Positions 18,125 to 29,700 of a stretch of 64,000 nt of DNA are shown in pieces. Every line of letters begins with the position of its first letter. Position 1 is the first letter of the stretch. A model generated the notes under the pieces. The model was not told the origin of the DNA and did no database searches. It saw only the letters and a program-made list of their open reading frames with translations. Source of the DNA: Patescibacteria group bacterium. Its GTDB lineage: Bacteria; Patescibacteriota; Microgenomatia; UBA1400; PJMF01. The position numbers and the translations under genes were made by a program. Where the stretch lies: positions 3,271-67,270 of the forward strand of contig BOKR01000001.1 in NCBI GenBank assembly GCA_016861085.1, in the 5' to 3' direction.

Positions 18125-21100
18125 ATGTTTATTAACCAAAAAGCTCCAGCTAGAGGCAGGGGGTTCCTGTTTTTTGTTGTCCTTATTGTGGTTTTTGGTG
18201 CAAGTATAGCGGCAGGCTTTTACAGTGTTAGTAAATGGTTATTCGGACGCGATGAATCAACACAAATAACGCAAACAAATCCTGTTCAAGGTCGGGTTAA
18301 AGGTGAGACGACTGAGCAACCCAGTAAACAGAATTTAGATGCTGGAAATCAGCCACAAGTGTTAGGCCAAGTCAAAGCAGCCGAAGATGAGATTACAGAG
18401 AACAGTTTGGTTTTCAGATTGAAGGTTTTCTTTCTAGACACAATTCATGGTATATCAGCAAAGTTTGATACCGATTTGGAGGTTGGAAATGATGTAATCG
18501 TTGGTAACGATACAGATATTGGAGGAGACCTTACTGTAGCTGGAACCTTAATCACAGCAGACGAATTAATAGCTCCAAATGTAGTGTACTCAATTCTTGC
18601 AGGAACGGGAATTACAGTTGCAGGAACACAGGATATAACTATAACTAATAGTGATCTCGGATCTTCTCAATTAATTTTCAAGAATTTCAAGATTGGAGAC
18701 AATACTATTTCTGCAGGAAGCAATGATGATACATTAACTTGGCAAGGAACAAACGGAGTTTCGTTAAGTAATGACGGCAAAACAATCACTATTTCTGCAA
18801 GCGGAAGTGAGTTAAATGTCTCTGGTTGGACAGATGACGGTTCAACAGTGAGGTTAATCAGTGCTACAGATAACGTTGGAATTGGAACAACAACTGCAAC
18901 AGAAAAACTAACAGTATCCGGGAACGGAACATTGTCAGGAAACTTAGAAGTTGGTGGAAACCTAAATGTTCTAGGAAACACCACAGTTCTTTCTGGCTTC
19001 AACAATTCAGGCGGGGGTATTACAAATGCAGGAGCAATCACTGGAGCAACAGGATTTACCAGTTCAGGCACAATTACACTCTCAGGATTAAGTACAGGTT
19101 TAGTACAGAGTAGCTTTACTGGTGTGCTGAGTAGTAGTGCTCTCAACTTGAGCACAGGTTCAGCTAATGGTTATCTCACAGGAGCCTTGCCAGTTGCCAA
19201 CGGAGGCACAGGTCTTTCTAGTTACACAATTGGGGACATTTTGTATGCATCTGCAACAAATACACTTGCAAGCTTGGGAATTGGAGCAACAAATGAAGTT
19301 CTCACAGTTGCTGGAGGAGTACCAGTTTGGGCATCAGTAACAGGAGGTGGTGGAATTTGTCCAAACTGTTTAGTCAATGATCCAGGAAGTACTCAGACAA
19401 TAACTCCAGGAAGTGCAACAGCAACAGGGTTGGTAGTAAAGCAAGCAAGTGGTGGTAGTGTAGATACATTTAGAGTGGAAAGCTTTGATGGGGCAAATGT
19501 ATATTTCAAAATAGATTCAACCGGAAATGTAACCCTTGGAAATCAAACCAGTAGTGGTGTATTTACCGTTTCACCTGCAAGTACTGATCCAATATCTCTT
19601 TCTCCAGTAGCCCAAGGAGCAGGACAATTTACAGGCACAATCACTAGTGAAGACTTAACAGCAAACAGAACATGGACATTCCCAAACAACTCAGGAATAG
19701 TTTGTTTAGCATCAGGCAACTGTAGTGGTACATCAGCAGGTGTAGGTGGATCAGGAACAACGAACTATATTACCAAGTGGGATGGAACGTTTTCAGTAAC
19801 TGATTCTCTGCTGTATGACAATGGAACAAATGTAGGAATTGGAACGACTTCGCCTGTGAGTAAACTGACAGTCGTTTCTTCTGGAAACCTGTACGCAACC
19901 ACAATTCATAGTACTCACCATGGTTTACTAATAAGTACTGATGATAATTCAAGTACTAGAAGGTTGTTATCTCTTAAAAATCTTGCTGGAGGAATTCCAG
20001 GAGGAGGTACAGAAGTGTTTGTAGTAACAGCGGGAGGAAACGTAGCTATCGGTACAACAGCTCCAACAGCAAAGCTACATGTTCAGGGTACTGCATTAGT
20101 GACTAGCACATTGAATGTATCTGGAGCAACTACACTTGCTTCAACTCTTGATGTGACAGGTGCAATTACCACAGGTGGAAATCTTTCTGTAAATGGAACT
20201 GGAAATAGTTATGTGATGGGTAATTTTGGGATTGGAACAAGTAACCCGAGTACAACAGCAGCTTCAGGAAGACGATTAGAAATAAGAGGTAGTAATCCAG
20301 GTCTATTGTTTGGTCATTCCACAGAAGCTAATACCAGTGGTGAGATTTGGTATGACCACGGTACTGCAGATCTGAATATTGATAACAGATACAATGGAGC
20401 ATTTGCAGATATACATTTTAGGACAACAACTTCGGGGACTGCAAATAGTGCAATGACAATAAAAGGGGATGGCAACGTCGGAATTAACACAACTGCACCA
20501 TCGGCACGATTACATTTAGTTGGAGTTGGAACAACAAACAGTACAGAAACACTCAGGGCAGTAAATTCAGCTGGAACGCTTGGGTTGATTGTCAATGACA
20601 ATGGTTCGATTTATACTCCAGATGCTACAACGCCAACAGGTACCTACAACTTTGTATTTGGACCAAACACAATTGGAGGAAGTAATAACATTGTTTTGGG
20701 TCAATCAAATGCTACTTCACAAAGTGGTGGTGGAAGTGTAAATGCCATCATTGGTCAGAATAACAGTATGACTAGCTCTGTGAGTTATGCTTTTGGTAGA
20801 GGGCTGATTAGTGGTTCTTCTTTCTCTAACTTTATTGGATATGGCACGAATAGTGGATATTTCACTTCAGCTCAAACTGCCCGTATACAAATTCATGCAA
20901 GCGTTGGCAATGTTCCAGCAATTAATTTCTTGACCAAAGAGACCAGTAGAATGCACATAAATGGTGATGGCAATGTTGGAATTGGCACAACTGTTTCTAC
21001 TGGAAAATTGAATGTTGAGGGTGCAGCAACAGGCAAAGCACTGGTAGTACTCAATGAAACGGGAGGTCAAGATATTTTTGTTGCATCTGCATCTGGTGTG

Positions 21101-22231
21101 AATAGATTTAGAATTCAAAATAATGGTAGTACTTTTGTTTCAAGTGACTCAACGAGTGCATTCTTAGTATCAGATATATCGGGAAATAATATTTTAAGAA
21201 TTGCTGGTTCTACTCGTAGAATTGGAATCAATGATCAAACATCAGATGCAACTTTGGAAGTTGTCAAAAATAGCACAGATAATATTTTTGCAGTAAGCAG
21301 TTCAGAAAATGCAGATGGTGATTATTTTATGGTTACGAATGGTGGGAATGTGGGTATTGGGTCGACGAGTCCACTTTTAGGATTAGAGATTGTAAATAAA
21401 GCTGCTGATTTTTATACAGGCTATGATGCTTCATTACTAATTAAAAATAGTACTTATAATCAGGAACCACGAATAGTGCTCTACAATTCATCTGGGGCGT
21501 CTCTTGGAACACCAACCGGAGAACTATATTTTGCATCAAATAGCAATTATCAAACTTTTGGATCTGGTGTGAGAGGTTATTCAGCAAGCTCTTTAGGAAG
21601 TGCTACTGGTCTTCAGTTCTTTACTACTGGAACAGCTCAAACACGTTTGACCATAAATGAAACTGGACTTGTAGGAATTGGTACTACTAGTCCAACATCA
21701 TTGCTTCATGTTTCAGATAATTCAGGCACTTGGCTTTCTTCTGAGTATCGATCTGCAAACTTATTAGTGAACCGAAGTTTTAGTACAGCAAGTAGTGATG
21801 TGACTTCGTACGGTCAGTATATAAATAACACATCATCTCGTGCAACTGGAGCGAATAATCTTACAAACATTGGTTTATATGTTAATGTGCAGGGTGCACA
21901 ATCCAATTATGCAGCTATTTTTAATGGCGGCAACGTTGGAATAGGCACCACGTCTCCAAGAGGTAATCTAGACATCGGTGGAGATAATGCAGAACTACAT
22001 ATTGGAACTGCAGCTAAGGGATATATTGGATTAGGGACACAGGCTGATTATAGCGCAAACTGGACAAACCAAGCAGCAATTGCCATAAATACAGTTGTTC
22101 TAGAAGGAACTGGAAGTAATGGTTTGAATATAAGAAATCATACAGACGGTGCCTGGGGATCGGTTTTTGCTAGTACCTACACAACATACGGGGGATCACT
22201 AACGACGCCTTCATTTGGGTCATCTAATTAA
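18125..22231 (+). CDS. Giant fibre/adhesin-like protein 1, N-terminal part (ends at in-frame TAA)
   Basis: N-terminal TM and many GNVGIGT repeats. First ~550 aa are paralogous to 23770..29718. ATG 18125 preferred over TTG 18080. Confidence 0.8.
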   Translation: MFINQKAPARGRGFLFFVVLIVVFGASIAAGFYSVSKWLFGRDESTQITQTNPVQGRVKGETTEQPSKQNLDAGNQPQVLGQVKAAEDEITENSLVFRLKVFFLDTIHGISAKFDTDLEVGNDVIVGNDTDIGGDLTVAGTLITADELIAPNVVYSILAGTGITVAGTQDITITNSDLGSSQLIFKNFKIGDNTISAGSNDDTLTWQGTNGVSLSNDGKTITISASGSELNVSGWTDDGSTVRLISATDNVGIGTTTATEKLTVSGNGTLSGNLEVGGNLNVLGNTTVLSGFNNSGGGITNAGAITGATGFTSSGTITLSGLSTGLVQSSFTGVLSSSALNLSTGSANGYLTGALPVANGGTGLSSYTIGDILYASATNTLASLGIGATNEVLTVAGGVPVWASVTGGGGICPNCLVNDPGSTQTITPGSATATGLVVKQASGGSVDTFRVESFDGANVYFKIDSTGNVTLGNQTSSGVFTVSPASTDPISLSPVAQGAGQFTGTITSEDLTANRTWTFPNNSGIVCLASGNCSGTSAGVGGSGTTNYITKWDGTFSVTDSLLYDNGTNVGIGTTSPVSKLTVVSSGNLYATTIHSTHHGLLISTDDNSSTRRLLSLKNLAGGIPGGGTEVFVVTAGGNVAIGTTAPTAKLHVQGTALVTSTLNVSGATTLASTLDVTGAITTGGNLSVNGTGNSYVMGNFGIGTSNPSTTAASGRRLEIRGSNPGLLFGHSTEANTSGEIWYDHGTADLNIDNRYNGAFADIHFRTTTSGTANSAMTIKGDGNVGINTTAPSARLHLVGVGTTNSTETLRAVNSAGTLGLIVNDNGSIYTPDATTPTGTYNFVFGPNTIGGSNNIVLGQSNATSQSGGGSVNAIIGQNNSMTSSVSYAFGRGLISGSSFSNFIGYGTNSGYFTSAQTARIQIHASVGNVPAINFLTKETSRMHINGDGNVGIGTTVSTGKLNVEGAATGKALVVLNETGGQDIFVASASGVNRFRIQNNGSTFVSSDSTSAFLVSDISGNNILRIAGSTRRIGINDQTSDATLEVVKNSTDNIFAVSSSENADGDYFMVTNGGNVGIGSTSPLLGLEIVNKAADFYTGYDASLLIKNSTYNQEPRIVLYNSSGASLGTPTGELYFASNSNYQTFGSGVRGYSASSLGSATGLQFFTTGTAQTRLTINETGLVGIGTTSPTSLLHVSDNSGTWLSSEYRSANLLVNRSFSTASSDVTSYGQYINNTSSRATGANNLTNIGLYVNVQGAQSNYAAIFNGGNVGIGTTSPRGNLDIGGDNAELHIGTAAKGYIGLGTQADYSANWTNQAAIAINTVVLEGTGSNGLNIRNHTDGAWGSVFASTYTTYGGSLTTPSFGSSN

Positions 22232-22234
22232 CAA

Positions 22235-23773
22235 GTGGGCATGTATTTCCCAGGCTCAACGGGAGTTGGACTTGTTACAAGCCAATTGGAACGACTTACT
22301 GTTAACTCTGTTGGTAATGTCGGTATAGGTACCACAACACCTGTGGGTAAACTAAATGTCGAAGGTGCAGTTACAGGTAAGGCGTTGGCAATATTTAACG
22401 AAACTGGAAACCAAGATATTTTAACAGCTAGTGCAAGTGGTTCAACAAAATTTGCAGTTACTAACGGTGGAAACATATTGTTACGAGGAACGTCCCCTTC
22501 TATTGATACTGGTAACTTGGCAACGCTAACTTTTAGTGTTGCAAATGCAAATAGAGTGCAGATAGATGGTGCCTATCTTGAAACAAATTTTTTGAGATCA
22601 CATTCTGGTGCAGGTACTTCATTAATTGTTAGAGGTAATAATTTACAAACTGCCAATATTTTTGAGGTAGAGGATAGTAATGGTACTGATTTTTTCACAA
22701 TTGACACTAGTGGCAACGTCGGCATCGGCTCCACAACTCCAGGTCAAAAACTAGATGTAGTCGGCAACGCCCGTTTCTCTGCTGTTGGTTCTGATGCATA
22801 TGCCTCAGATTTACATCTCACTGCAGATGGAACTCTCACAACCGCTGCATCTGATATTAGACTGAAGAAAGATTTTGTTGAGCTCAATGACAGTGCAACA
22901 TTAGACAAAATTCTACAACTTAAAACCTACAACTTCAATTGGAAGAGTAACAACTCTGCTGATATTGGTATGGTTGCCCAAGAAGTAGCTACTATCTTCC
23001 CAGAACTTACCTTCACCAACCAAGTTGATGGATACATGGGTATCAATTATTCAAGATTCTCTTCATTACTCATTAGTGGAATGCAGGCTCAACAAGCACA
23101 GATTTCATTATTACAAAATGCCTTAACATTTAATTCAGACGGTTCTGTAGTTGTTGCAACCACATCGGCTCAAGAAAACAATTCAGAGGAAAACACGGCT
23201 CAACAATTACTTGGCAGTTACGCTTCTCTTTCTGAAAATATTTGGAAGTTCCTTGTTGAAGTGAGATTCTCAGCTTTGGCAGTCTTTGAAAACTCTGTGC
23301 AATTTTTGAGTGCCGTTGTCTTCAAAAATGACGTTATTGTTGATGGCAATTTGATTCTGAATCACAATCAGGCTGGAACAGTAACCATTCCTACTGGCAA
23401 GGCAGGAGCTCGAGTTACGTTTAGCCAAGCATTTGAGCAAATGCCAATCATTACACTAACATCAACTCAAAAAGTTGCTGGCGAATACTGGATTTCTCAG
23501 ACAAGTAACTCTGGTTTTACTATTGAGTTTTCTCAAGCTCAAACACAAGATATCGCTATTAACTGGCAAGTCTCAGTTACCAATAGCGGTGAAGGTGTAG
23601 CAGTTGAAGCATTTGATTTTGGTACAAATAGTGAACAGGCACAAGAAACGCAAGATGTCTCACAGACAAACCCAGAGCCAATTACTGAAGATTTAGCAGA
23701 AGTTGTAGAGGAAGCCACCCAAGAGTCGGCGATTCTTGGCGCAACTGATTCTGGAGAGGTGGTTGCAGAATGA
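22235..23773 (+). CDS. Giant fibre protein 1, C-terminal part with S74 intramolecular chaperone domain
   Basis: Same frame as the upstream ORF. GNVGIG repeats, SDIRLKK...IGMVAQEV...INYSRF, then a beta domain and acidic tail. Confidence 0.75.
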   Translation: MGMYFPGSTGVGLVTSQLERLTVNSVGNVGIGTTTPVGKLNVEGAVTGKALAIFNETGNQDILTASASGSTKFAVTNGGNILLRGTSPSIDTGNLATLTFSVANANRVQIDGAYLETNFLRSHSGAGTSLIVRGNNLQTANIFEVEDSNGTDFFTIDTSGNVGIGSTTPGQKLDVVGNARFSAVGSDAYASDLHLTADGTLTTAASDIRLKKDFVELNDSATLDKILQLKTYNFNWKSNNSADIGMVAQEVATIFPELTFTNQVDGYMGINYSRFSSLLISGMQAQQAQISLLQNALTFNSDGSVVVATTSAQENNSEENTAQQLLGSYASLSENIWKFLVEVRFSALAVFENSVQFLSAVVFKNDVIVDGNLILNHNQAGTVTIPTGKAGARVTFSQAFEQMPIITLTSTQKVAGEYWISQTSNSGFTIEFSQAQTQDIAINWQVSVTNSGEGVAVEAFDFGTNSEQAQETQDVSQTNPEPITEDLAEVVEEATQESAILGATDSGEVVAE

Positions 23774-26700
23774 AAAAACGCACAATCTTTCTTCTAGCTT
23801 TCATTCTAACCTCTGCATATTTTGGTGTGGGATCTGTAAATTCTTGGCTGAGAGGAACTGATACAACAGGAACAGTTCTTGGAGAGTCTGACCAGCCAAC
23901 TAGTAACGGATTAGTTGCTCAAAATGGAGTTAGTTCAGGTTTTGGAACTAGTGTGGGAAGTGATTTACCAACTGCCCCAGTTTCAACTGGAGTAGTCAAA
24001 GCAGTAGAGGATGAGATTAGTGAGAATAGTTTAGTATTTAGACTTAAAATTTACTTTTTGGAAGCAATTCATGGAATATCAGCAAAGTTTGATACTGATG
24101 TAGAGGTTGGTAATGATCTAACAGTTGGTAATGATGTAATAGTTAACAATGATCTTGAAGTTGGTGGTGATTTAATTATTGGTGACACTATTATCACTCC
24201 TGATGGAATCACTGCAGAGAATATCATTTATAGTCTTACTGCGGGAACAGGGGTATCACTGAGTGGTACTCAAGATGTTACGATAACAAATACAGATCTT
24301 GGGTCATCACAGAATATTTTCAAAAACTTTAAGATTGGTTCAAACACAATTTCCGCAAGTTCCAACGATGATACGTTAACTTGGACATCTGGTACTGGGA
24401 TTTCTTTATCCAATTCTGGTAAGACGATCACGATTTCTGCTAGTGGCAGTGACCTTAACGTTTCTGGTTGGACAGACGATGGAACAGCGGTGCGCTTGAC
24501 TACTTCGACTGATAACGTGGGGATTGGAACAGCAACCCCAGGATACAAACTGCATGTCGTTGGGACAAGCTATTTTAGTGGCCAGGCAACATTTGCAGGC
24601 GGAACTGTGATCTCCTCAGGGATTGACAATTCTTCTGGTGGAATTACAAATGCTGGTCCAATCACTGGGGCAACAGGGTTAACTTCGTCTGGAACGATTA
24701 CGTTTTCAGGTCTATCAACAGGGATTGTGCACTCAAACGGGAGTGGAGTTTTGTCATCTTCTGCTTTGAATCTCGCTGGAGGTGCAACAGAAATTACCGG
24801 TACACTTCCCACCACAAACGGTGGCACAGGCATAACTTCATATGCGACTGGTGATATTATTTATTCTTCGGCTACGAACACACTCACAACTCTTGGAATT
24901 GGCTCAACCAATGAAGTTCTCACGGTGGCAGGTGGGGTACCAACTTGGGCCACTATTACTGGTGGAGGTGGACTCTGTAGCAACTGTTTGGTGAATAATC
25001 CGGGGAGTACGCAGACAATCACACCAGCAGCGGCTACAGCAATTGGCTTGGTTATCAAGCAGGCGTCATCGGGAAGCGTGGACACTTTCAGAGTTGAAAG
25101 CAACGATGGTTCAAGTGTGTATTTCAAGATCGATTCTTCAGGTAATGTCACGTTAGGAAATCAAACCAGTAGTGGAGTATTCACTGTTTCACCCTCAAAC
25201 ACTGATCCGATTTCAATATCACCAGTTGCACAAGGGGCAGGGCAGTTTACAGGAACAATCACTTCTGAAGACCTCACGGCGGCTCGAACATGGACATTCC
25301 CGGATGCAACAGGATCCGTATGTTTAACTACGGGGAACTGTGCTGGTGTTGGAGGACAAATTGGAGGTTCTGGAACGACTAACTACATTGCCAAGTTCTC
25401 AAACTCTTCAAATATTACAACTTCTCTCTTATACGATGACGGTAACAATGTTGGACTAGGAACATCGAGTCCAGTTCATCTATTCCAGATAATGGGCGCA
25501 AAAATAGGTAAGGCGCTTACAGTGCTTAACGAAACCGGAGACCAGGCAATTTTTGTAGCATCATCTTCTGGGACAAATAGATTTATTATTCAAAATGATG
25601 GAAATGTAGGTATTGGAACAAGCACTCCAACCTCGCTGTTCCATGTGAATGGGGCAGTAGACTTTGATTCAACTTTTGGGGTAAATGGAGCAACTACACT
25701 TGGTTCAACATTGGATGTGACGGGACTAGCTACTTTTGGTGGGAATGTAGGGATTGGAACAACTACTCCGACTTCTGCTTTACAAGTGTACGGGACTGAT
25801 CCTCAAATCAGACTCACAAGAAATGGAGGATACACTTTAACTTTTGATGCTTTCGATGGTGGTGGTAGTCCGAACATTGTGAGTAGTGGTCCTTCATTAA
25901 AATTTTTGACGAGTACTTCAAATAATTTTCTTACTACTGCTGACAACGCATTTGGAACACTTAATGGTCATTTAGGTGTAGCTGTTACAGGACTTTACGT
26001 TACTGGTAAAGGAGTTAATTCATATGTTACTTCGGCGTTTAGATCTGCAAACAGCAATCAAACAGGTGATTTAATAAGAATGTACGATAGTTCAAACGAT
26101 ATTCTTGGCCAATTTGTGCCTATTTCGACCACTGACCAGCGGTTACGATTTGTTCTATATAACACTTTGGAAACAACTGTCACTAACTATGAACGGTTAA
26201 CAATTTATCCTGATACAACGAATAGTATTTTTAGAATTGAAGCAGAGAGTGGTGGGACAGGAACCTTGCGAAATCTTGTATTACAAGGTGGTGGGGGAAA
26301 CGTTGGAATCGCTTCTATTGCACCTGGTAGAACATTAGATGTCGTAGGTACTGGTCGTATTACCGATACTGGTTCAACTACGCCAGTTTTAACTATTGAT
26401 CAAAATGACTCAAGTAATAATGCAACTACCTTAAGACTAGAACATGGGGGTGGTGGTGAAAATAGTCGTAGAATTATTGAAGCAATAAGTGGTGGGAGTG
26501 AAGTATTCAGATTGTTTCCAACAGGAAAGATAGAAACAATCGTTAATGGAGGTTCCACTGACTATGATGCTGCTATCTTTAATCAAACTGACACATCAAC
26601 TGCTCATGCTGGCGCTGCACTCCAACTCAATCATTATGGTACTGGAGCAGGTTCTAGCAGAGTGTTAACAGCTTTTAACGCTGCTGGGGGTAGTCCTAGT

Positions 26701-29700
26701 GAGATCATGTTTTTACAACCTGATGGGACATTTTATGTAAGAGGTAACGCTGGAGTTGGGACAACTGCTCCAATTGGGAAACTCAATGTTGAAGGCGCTG
26801 CCATTGGCAAAGCCCTCGCTATCCTTAATGAAACTGGTGACCAAGCGATTTTTGTTGCTTCTGCTTCTGGTACGAATAGATTTATTATTCAAAATGGCGG
26901 AAATGTTGGAATTGGATCTATCACGCCAGCTGCAAATCTACATGTTTATCAGGAAAGTCCAACACCTAACCAAATCATGTTTCAAGTTGGCACGGGTGCA
27001 GTAGCAACGAGGTTCACAGTAGATGAGGATGGAGATGGTCATTTTGGTGGGGATGTTGATTTTAGAACTCTACTAACCGGAAACGGTACAGTCACGGGGC
27101 CATCACATAGTTTTGTGAATGACACTAATCTAGGCATGTATCGCTATGGCACTGACACTTTAAGTTTGGCAACAGCAGATGCAGATAGGTTGATAATTGA
27201 TGCCTCAGGAAATATTGGAATTGGAACTACTGCTCCTGGAACCCAGCTAGAACTTTATGGCAACAAAATTCACATTCGATTATTTGACACCTTTGGTTCT
27301 GGAGCGATTATTAGAGAGACTTCAGATAATCTAATATTGCAATCACAGGCAGGAAGCATTGTTGGAATAAGTGGTGCTGCTGACGGAACGACTTCCTTTC
27401 AATTTCAAAATTCATCAAATGTGAGTAGGTTTAATGTAAACGATCTTGGCTATGTGGGAATTGGTGTGAACGCTACGGCTAGTGTTGGTTCTGATACTGC
27501 GGCAGTGAACATCAACGGAGCCAAGACAGGAAAAGCATTATTTGGACTTAACGAAACAGGTAATCAAGCAATCTTTGCGGCTTCTGCTTCTGGTACTAAT
27601 CGCTTCCTTATTCAAAATGACGGAAATGTCGGGATTGGAACAACAACAGTTTCTTCACTTTTCACTATATCTGAAAGTAACTCAGCAACAAGTTTAACTA
27701 CTTTTGATTCAACAGTAAGGTTGCAGAATTTGAATAGTGGTGACAGCACTTTCTCAAGAATAGGATTTTATGACACCACTTATCTTGGTGGTATAACTTT
27801 TGTGAACAGAGGGCAATACAGCAGTGACATTCGCTTTGAAACAAGAGGAGGGAGTGTAAGTAATTGGCCTGTAACAAGGATGATTGTTACAGATGGGGGT
27901 GCTATTGGTGTTAACCATGCAAATCCTTTGAGTCAGCTTCAAGTCAATGCTCAGTCTAATACTGGGAATTATATTTTGTCAGATTGGAATAGCACTGGAA
28001 ACAAAATACCTGCGGCAATTTTTTCCGCAACGAATAATGGAGGAAGTACTCCAGCCGCTGCAGAACCGACTTTGGTTTTGGGTAGAAAAGGCGTTGGTGG
28101 GCAGTCATTTGACAACATAGTTGACTTCAAACTCCGAAGATATGAAGTTAGTAGTACAGAGCCTCGAACAGCATTAGATATAGGTTTACAACACACAAAC
28201 TCTGCAACAACTACGGATGTATTGACTTTGCTTAGTAACGGGAATGTTGGTATAGGAACTTCTGCTCCTGCCCATGCCCTTGAGGTCAATGGCAATATTG
28301 CGGTTGAACAATTTTTATATCATAGAGGTGATACAGATACTTTTTTTAGATTTGGTACCAATCAGTGGCAAGTAGTTGCTGGAGGAGTACAATTTTTTGA
28401 ATTTGATGGGGGTGCAACAAATGTTGGTGCCTTTAACTATAACAACCTTGACGTTGACTTTCGCATTGATGGTGACACCAATGATGGAGTCTTTTTTGTG
28501 GATGGTGCTCTAGAAAATATTGGTATTGGTACGACTGTCCCAGGGGCAAAATTGCATCTTATCACTGATGCTGCAGACTATGCCGCTGAAATTTACAACG
28601 ACGGAAACGCTACTACTCGGGCAGGTTTGTTAATCCAGGCAGGACTTGATGACCAGACAGCAGTAGGCCCCTCAACTTTAATTCAGTTCAATGACGGTGA
28701 TGGTGGTGCAGTTGGTTCAATTACTTTTGGTAACTCGCTAACAGCGTACAATACCAGTTCTGACGTACGACTCAAAGACGTCTCTGGTGTTTCTAGTAAA
28801 GGATTATCAGATTTGATGAATATCAACGTGTATGACTATAGTTTCAAAGCAGACTCAAATAAGAGACTGCATACTGGGTTTTTAGCACAGGAGCTATACC
28901 AAATCTATCCAGATGCAGTTACAGCGTATCTTGATGATACCAATAAGTATTGGCAAGTTGACTATGGCAAACTTACTCCGCTGATTATTAAGTCAATTCA
29001 AGATCAACAAAAACAAATTGAGAGTTTGGCCTTAGAAATAGATGCAACTGGTAAAGTTATTTCACACGGTTCTAAAGAGGTAACTCCTGATGAGTCAGAG
29101 GCTACAGAAGCTCTTGAGAGTTCAACTATCCAAGATTTAAGTTCACATGCAACGATCTCAGATCTTGTTTGGACGTTTATTCAAGAGGTAATCTTTACAG
29201 TTAAAACCACTTTCTTGGCTAGTGTTGAATTTGTAAAAGACGTTACTTTCAGGGGATCAATCAAATTTTCTGGTGACACAGTTGGTAAATTCGTAGTTCC
29301 TGCTGGTGCTTTGAGAGTTGAGGTTCCATTTGATTTTGCTTTTAGCCAAGCACCAACAGTTTATTTGTCAGCCCAAAGTCAGATTATTGGTGGATATAGC
29401 TTAGAATCTGTCAGCACATCAGGGTTTGTTTTGAAGTTTGAAGTAGCTCAAACTTCTGAGAAAGTATTTGATTGGCTGGCAGTGTTAAGTTCAGATGAAA
29501 ACACAGCCACCATTAAAGTACTAGAAGAATCGAGTACAAGTTTACAGTCCATTGACAATGTAGATCAAGACGGGGAGGTTGGTGGGGCAACAACAGAAGG
29601 TTCAACTGACACACAAGAGGCTGTAGAAGAGACTCCAAATCCAGAACCAGAAGAGACAACTTCTCAAGCTAGCTCTGAGGCTGAGGCATCTGTGAGTGCC

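Noticed and set aside
22229-22231. Alternative genetic code as the cause of the in-frame stop
   Set aside because: The known CPR recoding (code 25) affects TGA, not TAA. Many intact genes here end in TAA, TAG or TGA.
18667-28295. Antisense ORFs inside the fibre genes and other short ORFs overlapping long genes
   Set aside because: Shadow frames caused by codon bias of the real genes.
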